Shown: positions 9,460 through 19,954 of the stretch, in pieces
How the letters are laid out: every line of letters starts with the position of its first letter
Numbering within the stretch: position 1 is the first letter of the stretch
Assembly (NCBI GenBank): GCA_964016885.1
Contig: OZ024742.1
Location: forward strand, 45,880,001-45,944,000
Direction: 5' to 3'
Origin: Eledone cirrhosa
Taxonomy: Eukaryota
DNA: 64,000 nt
Notes under the pieces: generated by a model
Databases searched by the model: none
What the model was told of the DNA's origin: nothing
Seen by the model: only the letters and a program-made list of their open reading frames with translations
Made by a program: the position numbers and the translations under genes

Positions 9460-12444
9460 ATGACCTCACTCAGAATAGGCAGCATAAATGCGCGTGGCTT
9501 GGGGTCGTCATGGAAGCAGGGCCACCTGCTCAACGACCTCAGGTCACTAAACATAGATGTAGTGGCCATCAGCGAGACCAGAATCTCCGAAGCACAGGCT
9601 TTCGCACCGATCTTCGGCGGCTACGATGTGTACGCATCTCCCAGCCGTCCGGGATCGGGGGGAGGAGTTGCTGTGCTTTTTCGGAGAGGTTTGGATCTTG
9701 CCATACGGGCCATCTTCCTGGACCCAGAAGGTAAGTTGGTGGTGCTGGACGTGACCAGCGGAGACTGGCAAGCTTTCAGGTTAGTGGCCGTCTATGCCCC
9801 GACAGGAGCAGGGCGGCCTGATTTCTTCCGGCGTCTGGAGACCTTTCTTGGAACGTCCCGCTCTTTAGTGTTAGTGGGCGACTGGAACGGGATCTTAGAT
9901 GCACGCTGGGATTGTGTGGGATTAGTGGATAGGGAAGGAGGGTGCAAGAGTCTCACCAACCTGCTCAGACGTTTTGAACTGTCTGACAGGTACCGAATGG
10001 ATTTCCCGAATGTACCAATGTGGACTTGGACAAATCGCATAGGGTCATCCAGATCATATCTAGATAGAGTATTTTGTAGGGAAATAGATAGGTCTAGCAT
10101 AGGTTGTCCACAATTCAAGATAGTCAGCTACACGGACCACAAATTCGTGATCTGTGTGCTTGACTTAGATAGGCTTCATAGACGAGGACCCGGCTACTGG
10201 AAGTTAAACGCGTCCTTACCAGCGCGCAAGGCCTACAGAGACCGGATTAGCGAACTAGTTAAGCGGGCGTTGACGGGGGCCATCGTCAACAACAAGTGGT
10301 GGTTTGCTCTGAAAAGAGCAATTAGAATAGAGTCCATTAGGTTTAGTAAGACTTTAGCAATAGAGAAAAATAGAGCAGAGGGAGAATTAGTTAGAAAATT
10401 AGATGAGGTGCTTAGCAAAGGCATCGCGACCGACGTACTTGCGGCGAAATTGGCCCTTGACCAATTCTTCAATGCAAAGCACGAAGGCTGCGTTGTCAGA
10501 GCTAGGGTGCGTGCTCTCAGACACGAGGGGACGAAAGCCGTTCAATGGGCCCGAGTGGCGGAGGCGCGTCGTGGCAACAAAGCCACGATCCGGTCTTTGG
10601 TGGACCACGACGGGCGCATGCTACTCGATTCCGGGCAAATGTGTGAAGCTTTTCAGCAACACTTCGCTCAACTGTTCAGGGGCAGTGGCGGGCCGGATCG
10701 AGGGATGGACTTTAGTGTCTACCTCGACGGACTGCCGCGGCTTTCGGCCACTGAGGCGGAGTGTTGCGAAAAGCCGATAACAACCGCTGAAGTACGGGAT
10801 GCAATGACTAGTTGCACAAGGGGTAAATCGCCTGGTTTGGATGGTCTGCCCTATGAACTTTACGTACAAATGCCAAACTTGTTCGGAGGCCTCTCGGCGG
10901 ACGTCTACTGCAACTGGCAACAGAACGGGAGAATTCCCAGCTCTGTGAGCCGAGGAGCAGTGGCGCTGCTGAGAAAGGATCCGAACAAGGGGGATAACAT
11001 AGATAATTTTAGGCCCATAACTCTGCTAAACACAGAGTTCAAGATTTTGGCCAAGGTGCTAGCAAAGAGGTTGGCGCTTGTCGTTGGTGGTCTGGTGGGA
11101 GAGGCACAGACATGCGCCATTCCCGACAGATCCATCCACGACAACCTCCACCTCATGCGATACATCGTAGAGAGGGTAGCTAGGGAACCTGGCACGGGTG
11201 GGTCTTTGATCAATTTAGATCAGTCGAAAGCCTTCGATAGGGTCGACCATCGTTACCTAGCGGCAGTCCTGAGGGCGGCTGGCTTTGGGCCCGTCTTCAG
11301 AGGCTGGATCGCTGCCATGCACAGCGACATCTGCTCTGTAGTGAGAGTGAACGGTCACCTGTCGGAACCGTTCAACATCATGCGCTCGGTCCGCCAAGGA
11401 TGTCCCCTCTCGTCCCTATTGTACGTATTGACTCTCGAGCCATTACTGCACAAACTGGAGATGTTGAGGGGGGTTCCACGCGAACTAGGATGCGGAAGAT
11501 CCGTGTCAGTATATGCCGACGATGTCACCGTAGTGGTGTCGAACGCCAAACACATCGAGGCGATCGGCACTACACTAAGAGAATACGAAGCGGTGACAGG
11601 AGCAATGATCAACCAGGAAAAGTCAGTGGGCCTGCAGCTCGGCACCTGGAGAGGCAGGTCCATGCCGTCCAACAGCGTCGTCGGGCGCTGGACGGACGGA
11701 CTGGTTAAATTGCTAGGGGTCTGGTTCGGTCCAGACCTCCAGACGGACAAAAACTGGGACGAGGTGACGAGCAGGGTGGCTTCTCTCACCCAGAAATGGG
11801 CCGAGAGGAAGCTATCCCTGAAAAGTCGAGCGGAGGTGGCGAATGCGTACATCGCATCCGTCATCTACTACCGCCTGACCGTCGTACCTTGTCCTAAGCC
11901 CCGCCTGACTGCGCTGGAGCGTTTGCTCTTTCGCTTCTTGTGGAAGGGACGCGCTCCGATGGTCAGGCGGTCCATCTGCTGTCAACACTCGCTACGTGGA
12001 GGGCTGGGCATGCCGTGGCTGATGATGCGCAGACACGCGCTCAGGCTACGACATCTCCACCTCTTCCTCGACGGTGATCAGGTGTGGTCGCCGTTTGCTA
12101 GACACGTTTTTCCCCAGCTCGTCTCCTTGACGGAGCTGCAGTCCTGGGTCAAGCGAAGACCGAGAGGGAGCGCTTGGAGACTGGAATGTCTTCAGGCGCT
12201 CACAGCCCTCGACCAATCGGGCAATGTGATCGGTGGAAACTCCACCTTGGCGTTCTATAGGGGATTGGTGGAGGGGAAGAGCGACGACGTACTTGGAGAA
12301 ACTCTAGGCGTCAACGAAAATCAACTAGCCAATCTCTTCGGAAGGACTTTTGGGCCGGGGCCTATGGACAACTTCCAGAAATCCCTGGCCTGGCAGTGCT
12401 ACCGGGGTGCTTTGCCAGTTCGGGATAAACTTTACAGGCATTGA
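9460..12444 (+). CDS. Tx1 ORF2, apurinic-like endonuclease plus reverse transcriptase (premature stop; homology continues to about 12879)
   Basis: SINARGL, AISET, VYAP, GDWN, YLDR, YTDH (APE); KSPGLDGLP, FRPITLLN, DQSKAFD, RQGCPLS, YADD (RT). The CCHC motif CPRC..ETVLHALVQC lies after the TGA at 12442. Confidence 0.92.
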   Translation: MTSLRIGSINARGLGSSWKQGHLLNDLRSLNIDVVAISETRISEAQAFAPIFGGYDVYASPSRPGSGGGVAVLFRRGLDLAIRAIFLDPEGKLVVLDVTSGDWQAFRLVAVYAPTGAGRPDFFRRLETFLGTSRSLVLVGDWNGILDARWDCVGLVDREGGCKSLTNLLRRFELSDRYRMDFPNVPMWTWTNRIGSSRSYLDRVFCREIDRSSIGCPQFKIVSYTDHKFVICVLDLDRLHRRGPGYWKLNASLPARKAYRDRISELVKRALTGAIVNNKWWFALKRAIRIESIRFSKTLAIEKNRAEGELVRKLDEVLSKGIATDVLAAKLALDQFFNAKHEGCVVRARVRALRHEGTKAVQWARVAEARRGNKATIRSLVDHDGRMLLDSGQMCEAFQQHFAQLFRGSGGPDRGMDFSVYLDGLPRLSATEAECCEKPITTAEVRDAMTSCTRGKSPGLDGLPYELYVQMPNLFGGLSADVYCNWQQNGRIPSSVSRGAVALLRKDPNKGDNIDNFRPITLLNTEFKILAKVLAKRLALVVGGLVGEAQTCAIPDRSIHDNLHLMRYIVERVAREPGTGGSLINLDQSKAFDRVDHRYLAAVLRAAGFGPVFRGWIAAMHSDICSVVRVNGHLSEPFNIMRSVRQGCPLSSLLYVLTLEPLLHKLEMLRGVPRELGCGRSVSVYADDVTVVVSNAKHIEAIGTTLREYEAVTGAMINQEKSVGLQLGTWRGRSMPSNSVVGRWTDGLVKLLGVWFGPDLQTDKNWDEVTSRVASLTQKWAERKLSLKSRAEVANAYIASVIYYRLTVVPCPKPRLTALERLLFRFLWKGRAPMVRRSICCQHSLRGGLGMPWLMMRRHALRLRHLHLFLDGDQVWSPFARHVFPQLVSLTELQSWVKRRPRGSAWRLECLQALTALDQSGNVIGGNSTLAFYRGLVEGKSDDVLGETLGVNENQLANLFGRTFGPGPMDNFQKSLAWQCYRGALPVRDKLYRH

Positions 12445-13123
12445 GGTGCCGTCAGCCGGGCATGTCCGAGATGCGCACAGGGCGACGAAACCGTCCTGCA
12501 CGCACTCGTCCAGTGTCTGAGCATTGCTGACTTGTGGGTTTATGTCGAACACCTGCTGTCACGTGTAGGACGGATCCAGCTATCAGCTGAGTCCATCGTG
12601 AGGATTGCCCCGCCCTCTTCCTTTAGCCGGGAAGGGCAGGCAGTTTTTATCTGTCTGGTGGCCATGGCGAAAGAGATAGTATGGTGGACACGTTTGAAAG
12701 GGCGTAAGACGAGCACTTACCTCTTCGGTGATGCCCTGATTAACTTTTTCAAATTTCATCTGAAATGGAAAATCAGGGTAGAGAGGGAAGTGCTCTCTTC
12801 CCAGCATTTTGTTGAAAGATGGGTGAGAGAAGCAAGTATGGCCTGAATGAATGGGCCTTCTCTGAGTATGTGTCTGTAAATTAAAGGTGGAAAACTGGGA
12901 GAGGGCACTTGCCCTGGTGGTCAGGGCCACTGTGGTCTTTTAATGGGCTTTCTCCACAAATTTCCCTCGGAAGTCTCCCCCCTATTGGGGAATTTTTCTT
13001 TGTTATTTTATTTCATCCTCTGTTTTTTTTTACACGCAGAAATGCCCATTTGTACCGTCCTGTATTGTCCTGTACTGTCCTTAATGTCTACTTTATGTAA
13101 ACCCTTGTGGTTAATAAAGAAAA

Positions 13124-13124
<1 letters not shown>

Positions 13125-13180
<56 letters not shown>
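13125..13180. repeat. (TTA)n tract at the 3' end of the Tx1 element
   Basis: Direct reading. Confidence 0.95.
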
Positions 13181-13181
<1 letters not shown>

Positions 13182-14621
13182 CATATATATACATTATCTT
13201 AGATTATAAATACACCTCAAAGATTCATTATAAAATTACTCTTCAGTCTTTAGATTTCAAATACAATATTTATATATTTTATTATAACTATCATATATAA
13301 ACTTATTTTTATATGACAATTTTTTTTCAATATATAACAAGAGGAGAATTTAAACTTCTTTAACTATTAAAGTTTTACTTTATATTTTCTATTTATATTC
13401 ACATGGATTGTTTTAGTACCTAATTGAAATTAAGAAAATTCGTTTAATTATCCAAACTGATTAATTTCAGAGACATATTTCAAAATTAATTATTTAATAA
13501 ACTGGTATAATAAAGGTTATATTTGAAATATTACAATAAACAACAACAACAACAACATTTAATCCATTTTGTAAAATAATTGCTTCTCTCTTATTCATTA
13601 TTAATTATTTTAATCTGCAATGACTATTCTGCAGCTAATCAGCTTTTTAATGAATTGTCTGCATATAGTTCTAGCTAAGTACTTCCTTGTATGTCGCTTC
13701 CCTAGGAAGTATTCATTGATCATAAATGATTGTTCTTGATAAGGTGTTCTGCTAAAATAACCAACCCATCTCTATATGGTGAACAACAGATTTTCAATAG
13801 AAACCACCACCACCACCACCACCACCACCACTACTACAACTATCACCACCACCATGACTAAAGAAAACAAAAGCCTAACTACCATCTCAATCCTGTTGTC
13901 ATTCATATTATTGCTACACTAGTCATTCTTACTCTAGGATAGTAAGTAATCAATCAGTTATTGCTTCCAGCTATCAGTCAACTATTGATTAGTTGAAAAC
14001 AATTTCGCTTTACATAGTTTGAAGTCATGTCAACAAAGCAGACCACAACAAAAGGAAGATACAAAAAAATATGGTAAGAGTAAATTAGAAATTAAAATTA
14101 ATTCTGATTTTAACATTTATCATTCAACATCCACACTACACATCACTATATTTATATTTATTACATTGGCTTCCTACACATAGATATATATTTTGTTTGT
14201 TTGTGCTTCTCTCACTAAGGAATACATTAAAAATTGTGGTTTTATATAGCTGATTGGAAGAAGTGTATAATTATAAAACAATATGAATCAAACAATGAAC
14301 TACAATATGAATAAAAATTATTAAAAAAAATATGCAAGTGTCAAAATGAAAACTTTGTCGAGAACTTAATTGTAATGATATAAATTTATCACACACAGAA
14401 TTGTTAATTTATGTAAAGGAAATCAATAAAAAATTAAGCCATATTTTTTGTTATGCATATAGTTAAGTAAAAGTAAGGAAAAAGTTCAAATCTAATACTT
14501 TCATTTGTATGTGCATATATATATACATAAATTTATATATATAAAGGCACATATATATCTATATAAGATGTTTATATATATGTAATGTGTGTGTATACAT
14601 ATATATATGTCTATATATATA

Positions 14622-14845
14622 TATCATTGTTTACCATCTATTTTCCATGATAGCAAGGGTTAGACGAGTTGTCCCGTTGTGAGACAAGCCAGATCAGATG
14701 ACCATGTCTTGTTTATACAGAACTGATTTTGGCTTAGTTTGTACAGTTGGATGCCACATTCACAGTGTGGACTGGGTGCATTTTATCATGGCACCAAAAC
14801 AACCAGTTTACAGCGCAGGCTGGGCACTGCTTTTCTTTTTTCGTA
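14622..14845 (-). mobile_element. RTE-type 3' UTR remnant
   Basis: Similar to the reverse complement of 20990-21220 (ttagacgagttgtcc...cagtgtggactgggtgc). Confidence 0.55.
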
Positions 14846-15291
14846 TCACCATATATATATATATATATGTGTGTGTGTATATAATGTTAAAGTTTGTTCC
14901 AGGCCGAGAGGTTTATCAGGATGGAGCTTATCCCGGTTTCATTGATGTTTAAGTCACTGAGAGTTCAAGACTTTGCCACCCACCCAGACAGGATGCCAGA
15001 CACATGTACACGTACACATACACCATACATGTCAAGGTTTTACATATATGAGAACAGAAGCAAGAGTTCTCAGTGTGTGCTTGCGTATGCCCCCCAACCT
15101 TACACAGAAATGTTTATATTTATTTATTTATTTCATTATTTCATTATTTATTTATTTATTTATTCATTTATTTCATTGTATCACAGTCATGTGAAGTTTT
15201 TCATTGGTTATTGAGACTTTAAAAACAAGACTCATATTGTTTTGAATCATGAATCCATATACAGATACTGTTTTAGAAACAATTAATGCAG

Positions 15292-15790
15292 TCATCATCA
15301 CCGTTTAATGTTTATTTTTCACGCTAGTATGAGTTAGACAAGTTGTCACATTGTGAGACAAGCCAGGCAGGTGATCATCTCATACAGAACTGACTTTAGC
15401 TTGGTTTCTATGGTGGGAAGCCCTTCCTAACACCAACCATATTTGCAGCGTGGACTGGGTGCTTTATATCGTGATATCTATATGCCGACTTTACAGTGTG
15501 GACTGGATACTTTCTATTGTGATACCTACACACTGACTTTACAGTGTGGACGGGGGTGCTTTTTATTGTGATACCTACACAACCACTTTACAACATTACA
15601 GTGTGGGTTGGGTACTTTTTGTTGTGTCACCATCACAACCACTTTACAATGTGGATTGGGTGCTTTTGTTGTGACACCTACATGACCACTTTACAGTGTG
15701 GACTGGACAATTTTTGTTGTGGCACCAAAACAACCCCTTTTACAGTGTGGACTGGAGACTTGGGTGGGGGAGGTGTATGGGGTTGGGGAA
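15292..15790 (-). mobile_element. RTE-type 3' UTR with internally amplified units of about 40 bp
   Basis: Starts catcatcaccgtttaa and contains about 7 degenerate copies of tttacagtgtggactgg...ttgtgatacc. Confidence 0.6.
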
Positions 15791-15914
15791 GTAAATTTAG
15801 GGGTGTGTGTGTGTGTACGTATGTACCTGTAGCTCCTGGTGTAGTAACATACAGCATTCCTTGAGCATTTTAAACCTGGTTGGGCCCATCCCCTTTCCAG
15901 GCTTGAACATTATT

Positions 15915-16030
15915 TTAATAATTGTTTCTACTATTGGCACAAAGCCAGCAATTATCTCAGTGCATTACTGGTACTTTATTTTATCCCCCCCCCCCATAAG
16001 GATGAAAAGCAAAGTTAGCCTCGGCGGGTA
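15915..16030 (-). mobile_element. SINE fragment
   Basis: ggcacaaagccagcaatt...ggatgaaaagcaaagttagcctcggcggg. Confidence 0.65.
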
Positions 16031-16450
16031 ATAATGTTCAGTTTTTTGGGGCAGTTAGTCTAGATGTTATATAGGAATAAATAATTCCTCTCTTTTGGAT
16101 GTAATTGAAATGGAATTATAAGATTGTCTTACTGTTATTTCTAACCCTATATCTATGCCATTATTGTTACAATCTTCAAGTCTATGATAGAATGAACAAG
16201 TTTTTATAATTGACTGACTCAGCATTACTACACCAGTGATGCAGACCTGGGCAGTGGGAGAAAGGGTATTTCCTTGTGTGAGGGAGCCCATATGCATGTG
16301 GCCTCGTGGTCTCAGTAGACACAATGCAGGAAATGTTGCTCGGGAGGATCTCAAGGGGGCTCACTCTGTGGGTAGCCAACTCTACCATGATAGTTGTAAG
16401 TAGGGATGTGGTCCAGAGACCAAGAACGCTGGAAGTCTCCACTGCTGCAG

Positions 16451-16570
16451 ATTCAACCATGGTTCAATCACAGTTCAACCATGATTCAACCATGGTCCAA
16501 CCATGGTTCAACCACAGTTCAACCATGGTTCAACCATGGTTCAACCATGGTTCAACCATGGTTCAACCAC
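16451..16570. repeat. 11-bp minisatellite (TTCAACCATGG)n, about 11 units
   Basis: Direct reading. Adjacent units form the palindrome AACCATGGTT. Confidence 0.9.
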
Positions 16571-16663
16571 AAACTTATCGGATAGCGATGGATATTTCAA
16601 TATTTTATTGTTTCAATTATTTTGTATAGAAGAGACAAGACTGTTTGGTGTGAAAATGTTTAA

Positions 16664-16881
16664 CCCTTTAGCATTTACATTACTTTTTATTTACTATTGT
16701 ATTTTCACAGTAAAGGCTACCTCACTTAATTATCTCACATAATATCAAATTTATGAGATTTTGATATTATTTATTTTGAGAACAATACCTTAACGTTGGT
16801 ATGAGTGGACAGTCATGGCTGATTTGAACAGAAAGGAGTGAAAGAATTCTGGCTGGATATAGCCGGTTAAATGCTAAAGGG
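16664..16881 (+). mobile_element. piggyBac-type MITE (218 bp)
   Basis: TTAA on both sides (16660-16663 and 16882-16885), perfect 14-bp TIR CCCTTTAGCATTTA, and a second copy at 60313-60524. Confidence 0.85.
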
Positions 16882-17361
16882 TTAAGTTGAAAAGTAAATT
16901 GTTAAGTGACAGAATTAGATTCAGTTATATATTAAGAGTAGTTGAGAACAGTTATTTATGACTCTACAAGTGATCATTAACTTAATATTTTCATTTAGGT
17001 TTGTTTTTCTTTATTTCGTGTTTTACTTGACACATAATCTCATCTCTTAAAACTTCCTCTCACACCAGACAGAATAAACTTGACATTTTCTTCCCCTGGA
17101 ACAATCACAATCGAATTACTCTGCTAATACAGTTCAACCTTTGCGTTTTTTTGTTTTTAATTTAAGAGCACAAGGATTTCTAAAAACTTAGGGTAATTGT
17201 TATTTTTTGTTTTGTTTCTTACCCACCTCTTCTTCTCTGTTCCTTGTTTGTCTCTTCTCTTCACATATTTTTCTATCAAGTTAATGGTATCAGATCATAT
17301 TCCACTGACTTCTCTGTAGGGGATATAAAACAAGTTTTAGCCAATTTACCCCCAAAGTCTT

Positions 17362-17495
17362 ACCATCACCAGCACCAGCACCACCACCACCACCACCAAT
17401 CTCACCACCACCATCATCACCACCAACTTCACCACCACCACCACCACCATCACTATCACCACCAACATCACCACCATTACCACCAACCACCACTA
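17362..17495. repeat. (CAC)n-rich microsatellite
   Basis: Direct reading. Confidence 0.85.
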
Positions 17496-18384
17496 CAATC
17501 TTTCATGTTGTTGCTGTTTTCCTTCTTACAATTCCTGATACCAGCTGCTTATATAATCTCTATTAGCCATCCCATTATTTTAATTTCTATTCTTAAATAT
17601 TTACTAATTAAAATGGTAATGATTGTCTTAGAAATTCATCTCTACTACTTCTTCCATTTTTTTTTATTCATTGTTGCTTTTCTACAAACAACTTCTAATA
17701 ATTTTAAATTATTTGACTGAAGGCACACAAGGAAGTAGATTTGTTTGGATTTCATTTTGCCCTTGACTTTGTATAAGGTCTATGACAAAATACTTCTGTA
17801 AATCCAGGGTCAGGAGGTTTATGCTATATGGATGAAAATATGTTATGTATAAAATGAACTTAAAAAGTTAAGAAACTGCATGAAACTGAGGTTTATTGTA
17901 TCAGTTGAACACAATAACATTGTTTGTATAATATTTGTTAAAGTTGATAATTTTTGTTATTTAGCTTCAGTTCTGTTCTTATGCACAACTATGACCATCC
18001 CATCATTTTTCCAGGATTACATTATCCAGACTTGTCAACTCTCCCCATCCGACAAGGTGATCTCCCATCCACTTTGGGGTGGGTGAAAGATGTCTTCTCT
18101 TGTGAAAATGCCTCATTTCTCCCCATTTTGGGACAGTTTGTTTTCATGGTACACCCTGTTTGGGGTTTTAGAAGATGGCAGATCTGATTATCCAATGTAA
18201 ACTTACTATTTCTTTCAGAAAATAGAATATGGTATAAGGGAGGTTTTGCTGTTATTTTCTGCAGATTTAGTGATAACATAGACTCACACTCAATCTCTAT
18301 CATTTCAGACTGATTATGAGTTTGTAATAACTATTTTACTATAGACTACTAAAGCCTTATATTTCCCTTTATCATTTTATGTAC

Positions 18385-18576
18385 AAATAATTGTTTCTAC
18401 TTTTTGGCACAAGGCCAGCAATTACCCAGTGCATTACTGGTACTTTATTTTATCGACCCCGTAAGGATGAAAGGCAAAGTTAACCTCGGCGGGATTCAAA
18501 CTCAGAATGGCAAGGACCGTAACTCTGTGCGTCAAAGCATAGTGTCCGACCCGCTACCGATACTGCCAATCCACCG
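18385..18576 (-). mobile_element. tRNA-derived SINE
   Basis: Nearly identical to 3775-3960. An inverted head fragment follows at 18629-18720. Confidence 0.8.
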
Positions 18577-18721
18577 TTTTATGTACAAATAATGAATTGC
18601 TATTACATTTATCTTATTTAATTTTATTGGGCGGTGGATTGGCAGTATCGGATACATGCTTTGACGCATAGAGTTACGGCCCTTGCCATTCTGAGTTTAA
18701 ATCCCACCGAGGTTATCTTCC

Positions 18722-19035
18722 TCGCTTGTCCTGCTGTTGGCTGTGTGCCAACAGGACAAGTGAGGAAGATGCTTTTTGAAGCTAAAAACCCCAGTGAGAA
18801 AATTTGTTCTGAAATTATTGCAAGTGTCCGACGAACCTGCAGTTCTAGAATCAGACAGATCCATACAATGATCGTGTCTCGAGCTGTCTGCCGGCGAAAC
18901 AATTGTCACACACAATAAATTGAGACCAGATGCATCACTGATTTTTCGTTTTATATTATATCACACTCTGCTCTGTAAGAACATACAGTGCTCAACTGGC
19001 ATACCGCCTATGGGAGCATCATAGCTACCATTAAA
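18722..19035 (+). mobile_element. Non-coding Penelope-like repeat (CCGANGA-hammerhead family)
   Basis: Hammerhead, AATAAA, then a tail (actctgctctgtaag..agtgctcaa..ggcataccgc) shared with 29681-29725. Confidence 0.6.
18824..18911 (+). ncRNA. Type I hammerhead-like motif, CCGACGA core variant
   Basis: gtgt-CCGACGA-a cctgcag...ctgccgg c-GAAA-caattg-TC-acac. GUC site at 18905-18907, palindromic stem III ACAATTGT, AATAAA at 18914. Confidence 0.7.
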
Positions 19036-19065
19036 CACACACACGCATATATATATACATATATA

Positions 19066-19348
19066 GGCATGTGGCCTAGTGGTAAGGGTGTTGGACTTAA
19101 GATCATAATGTCATGGGTTGGATTCCTGTGTTGCGTGTTGTGTTCTTGAGCAAAACACTTTATTTCACATTGCTCCAGTATACTCAGCTGAAAATGTACC
19201 AGCAGTAGCTGAGGGTTTAATCCTGCGATGGATTAGCATCATGTCCAGGGGGGTGGGGGGGGGGAGTCTTGTACTCTCAGACGCTTCACGCCATGAAACC
19301 GGGGTAAGCACTGGCCAAATGAGCCTTCTGGCTTAAGACAGACTTTAG
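19066..19348 (+). mobile_element. tRNA-derived SINE, second type
   Basis: A box tggcctagtgg, B-box-like ggttggattcc, central ttcttgagcaaaacactttatttcacattgctccag and tail cctgcgatggattagcatc...gaaaccggg. A related tail is on the minus strand at 14888-14998. Confidence 0.7.
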
Positions 19349-19889
19349 ATATATACATACATACATAATTTTTTATAGATATATTTATTGTGGTTATTTA
19401 ATTTTGATATTTCACATAATATAATGTAGATTATATTATTTTATAACTTTTTATTACTATTGAATATTACTTTCTTTATATTTTTGTTTGTTTGATGTAC
19501 AAACACACACGCACACGCACGTGTATATCATAATTTTTTAAGTAGTTGGATTCGATTTAATTTGATTGAATGAGTCAAATATTAGTGATCTTAGACTGGT
19601 TATATAACATATACAAAGAAACACGTGTCAATGTTATGCAATAAATGATGATCTCATTCTTCTGGAATGTGATGTTTTAAATAATAATTTTTGTAAGTTT
19701 CTATATATACTCTGTAAATTGTTACATTTGGAAGCTAGAGTGGAACTACCACAGGATTTACCAAATGATATAATTCAACCGTTGAGTAAAACACTTCTGT
19801 AAGCAACTTCTGATTCTTGTTACATAATCACTCTAAAATAATTGATTACACTAACAGAAACTGAATACTACTATTATTCTGTCTGCTTG

Positions 19890-19920
<31 letters not shown>

Positions 19921-19954
19921 GTATGTATATATATATGTATATATATATATATGT

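Larger units (their letters stand above)
7229..13124 (+). mobile_element. Near-full-length Tx1/L1-clade LINE
   Basis: 5' UTR, ORF1 with a zinc knuckle, ORF2 with APE and RT domains, and a 3' UTR ending aataaagaaaac followed by (ATT)n. Confidence 0.92.

Noticed and set aside
17244-17720. His-rich 158-aa ORF
   Set aside because: It is the translation of a (CAC)n microsatellite with low-complexity AT-rich flanks and has no domain signal.
19066-19135. tRNA-like sequences at SINE heads (also 21291 and 3116)
   Set aside because: A and B boxes are present, but there is no complete cloverleaf and they continue into SINE bodies, so they are not tRNA genes.
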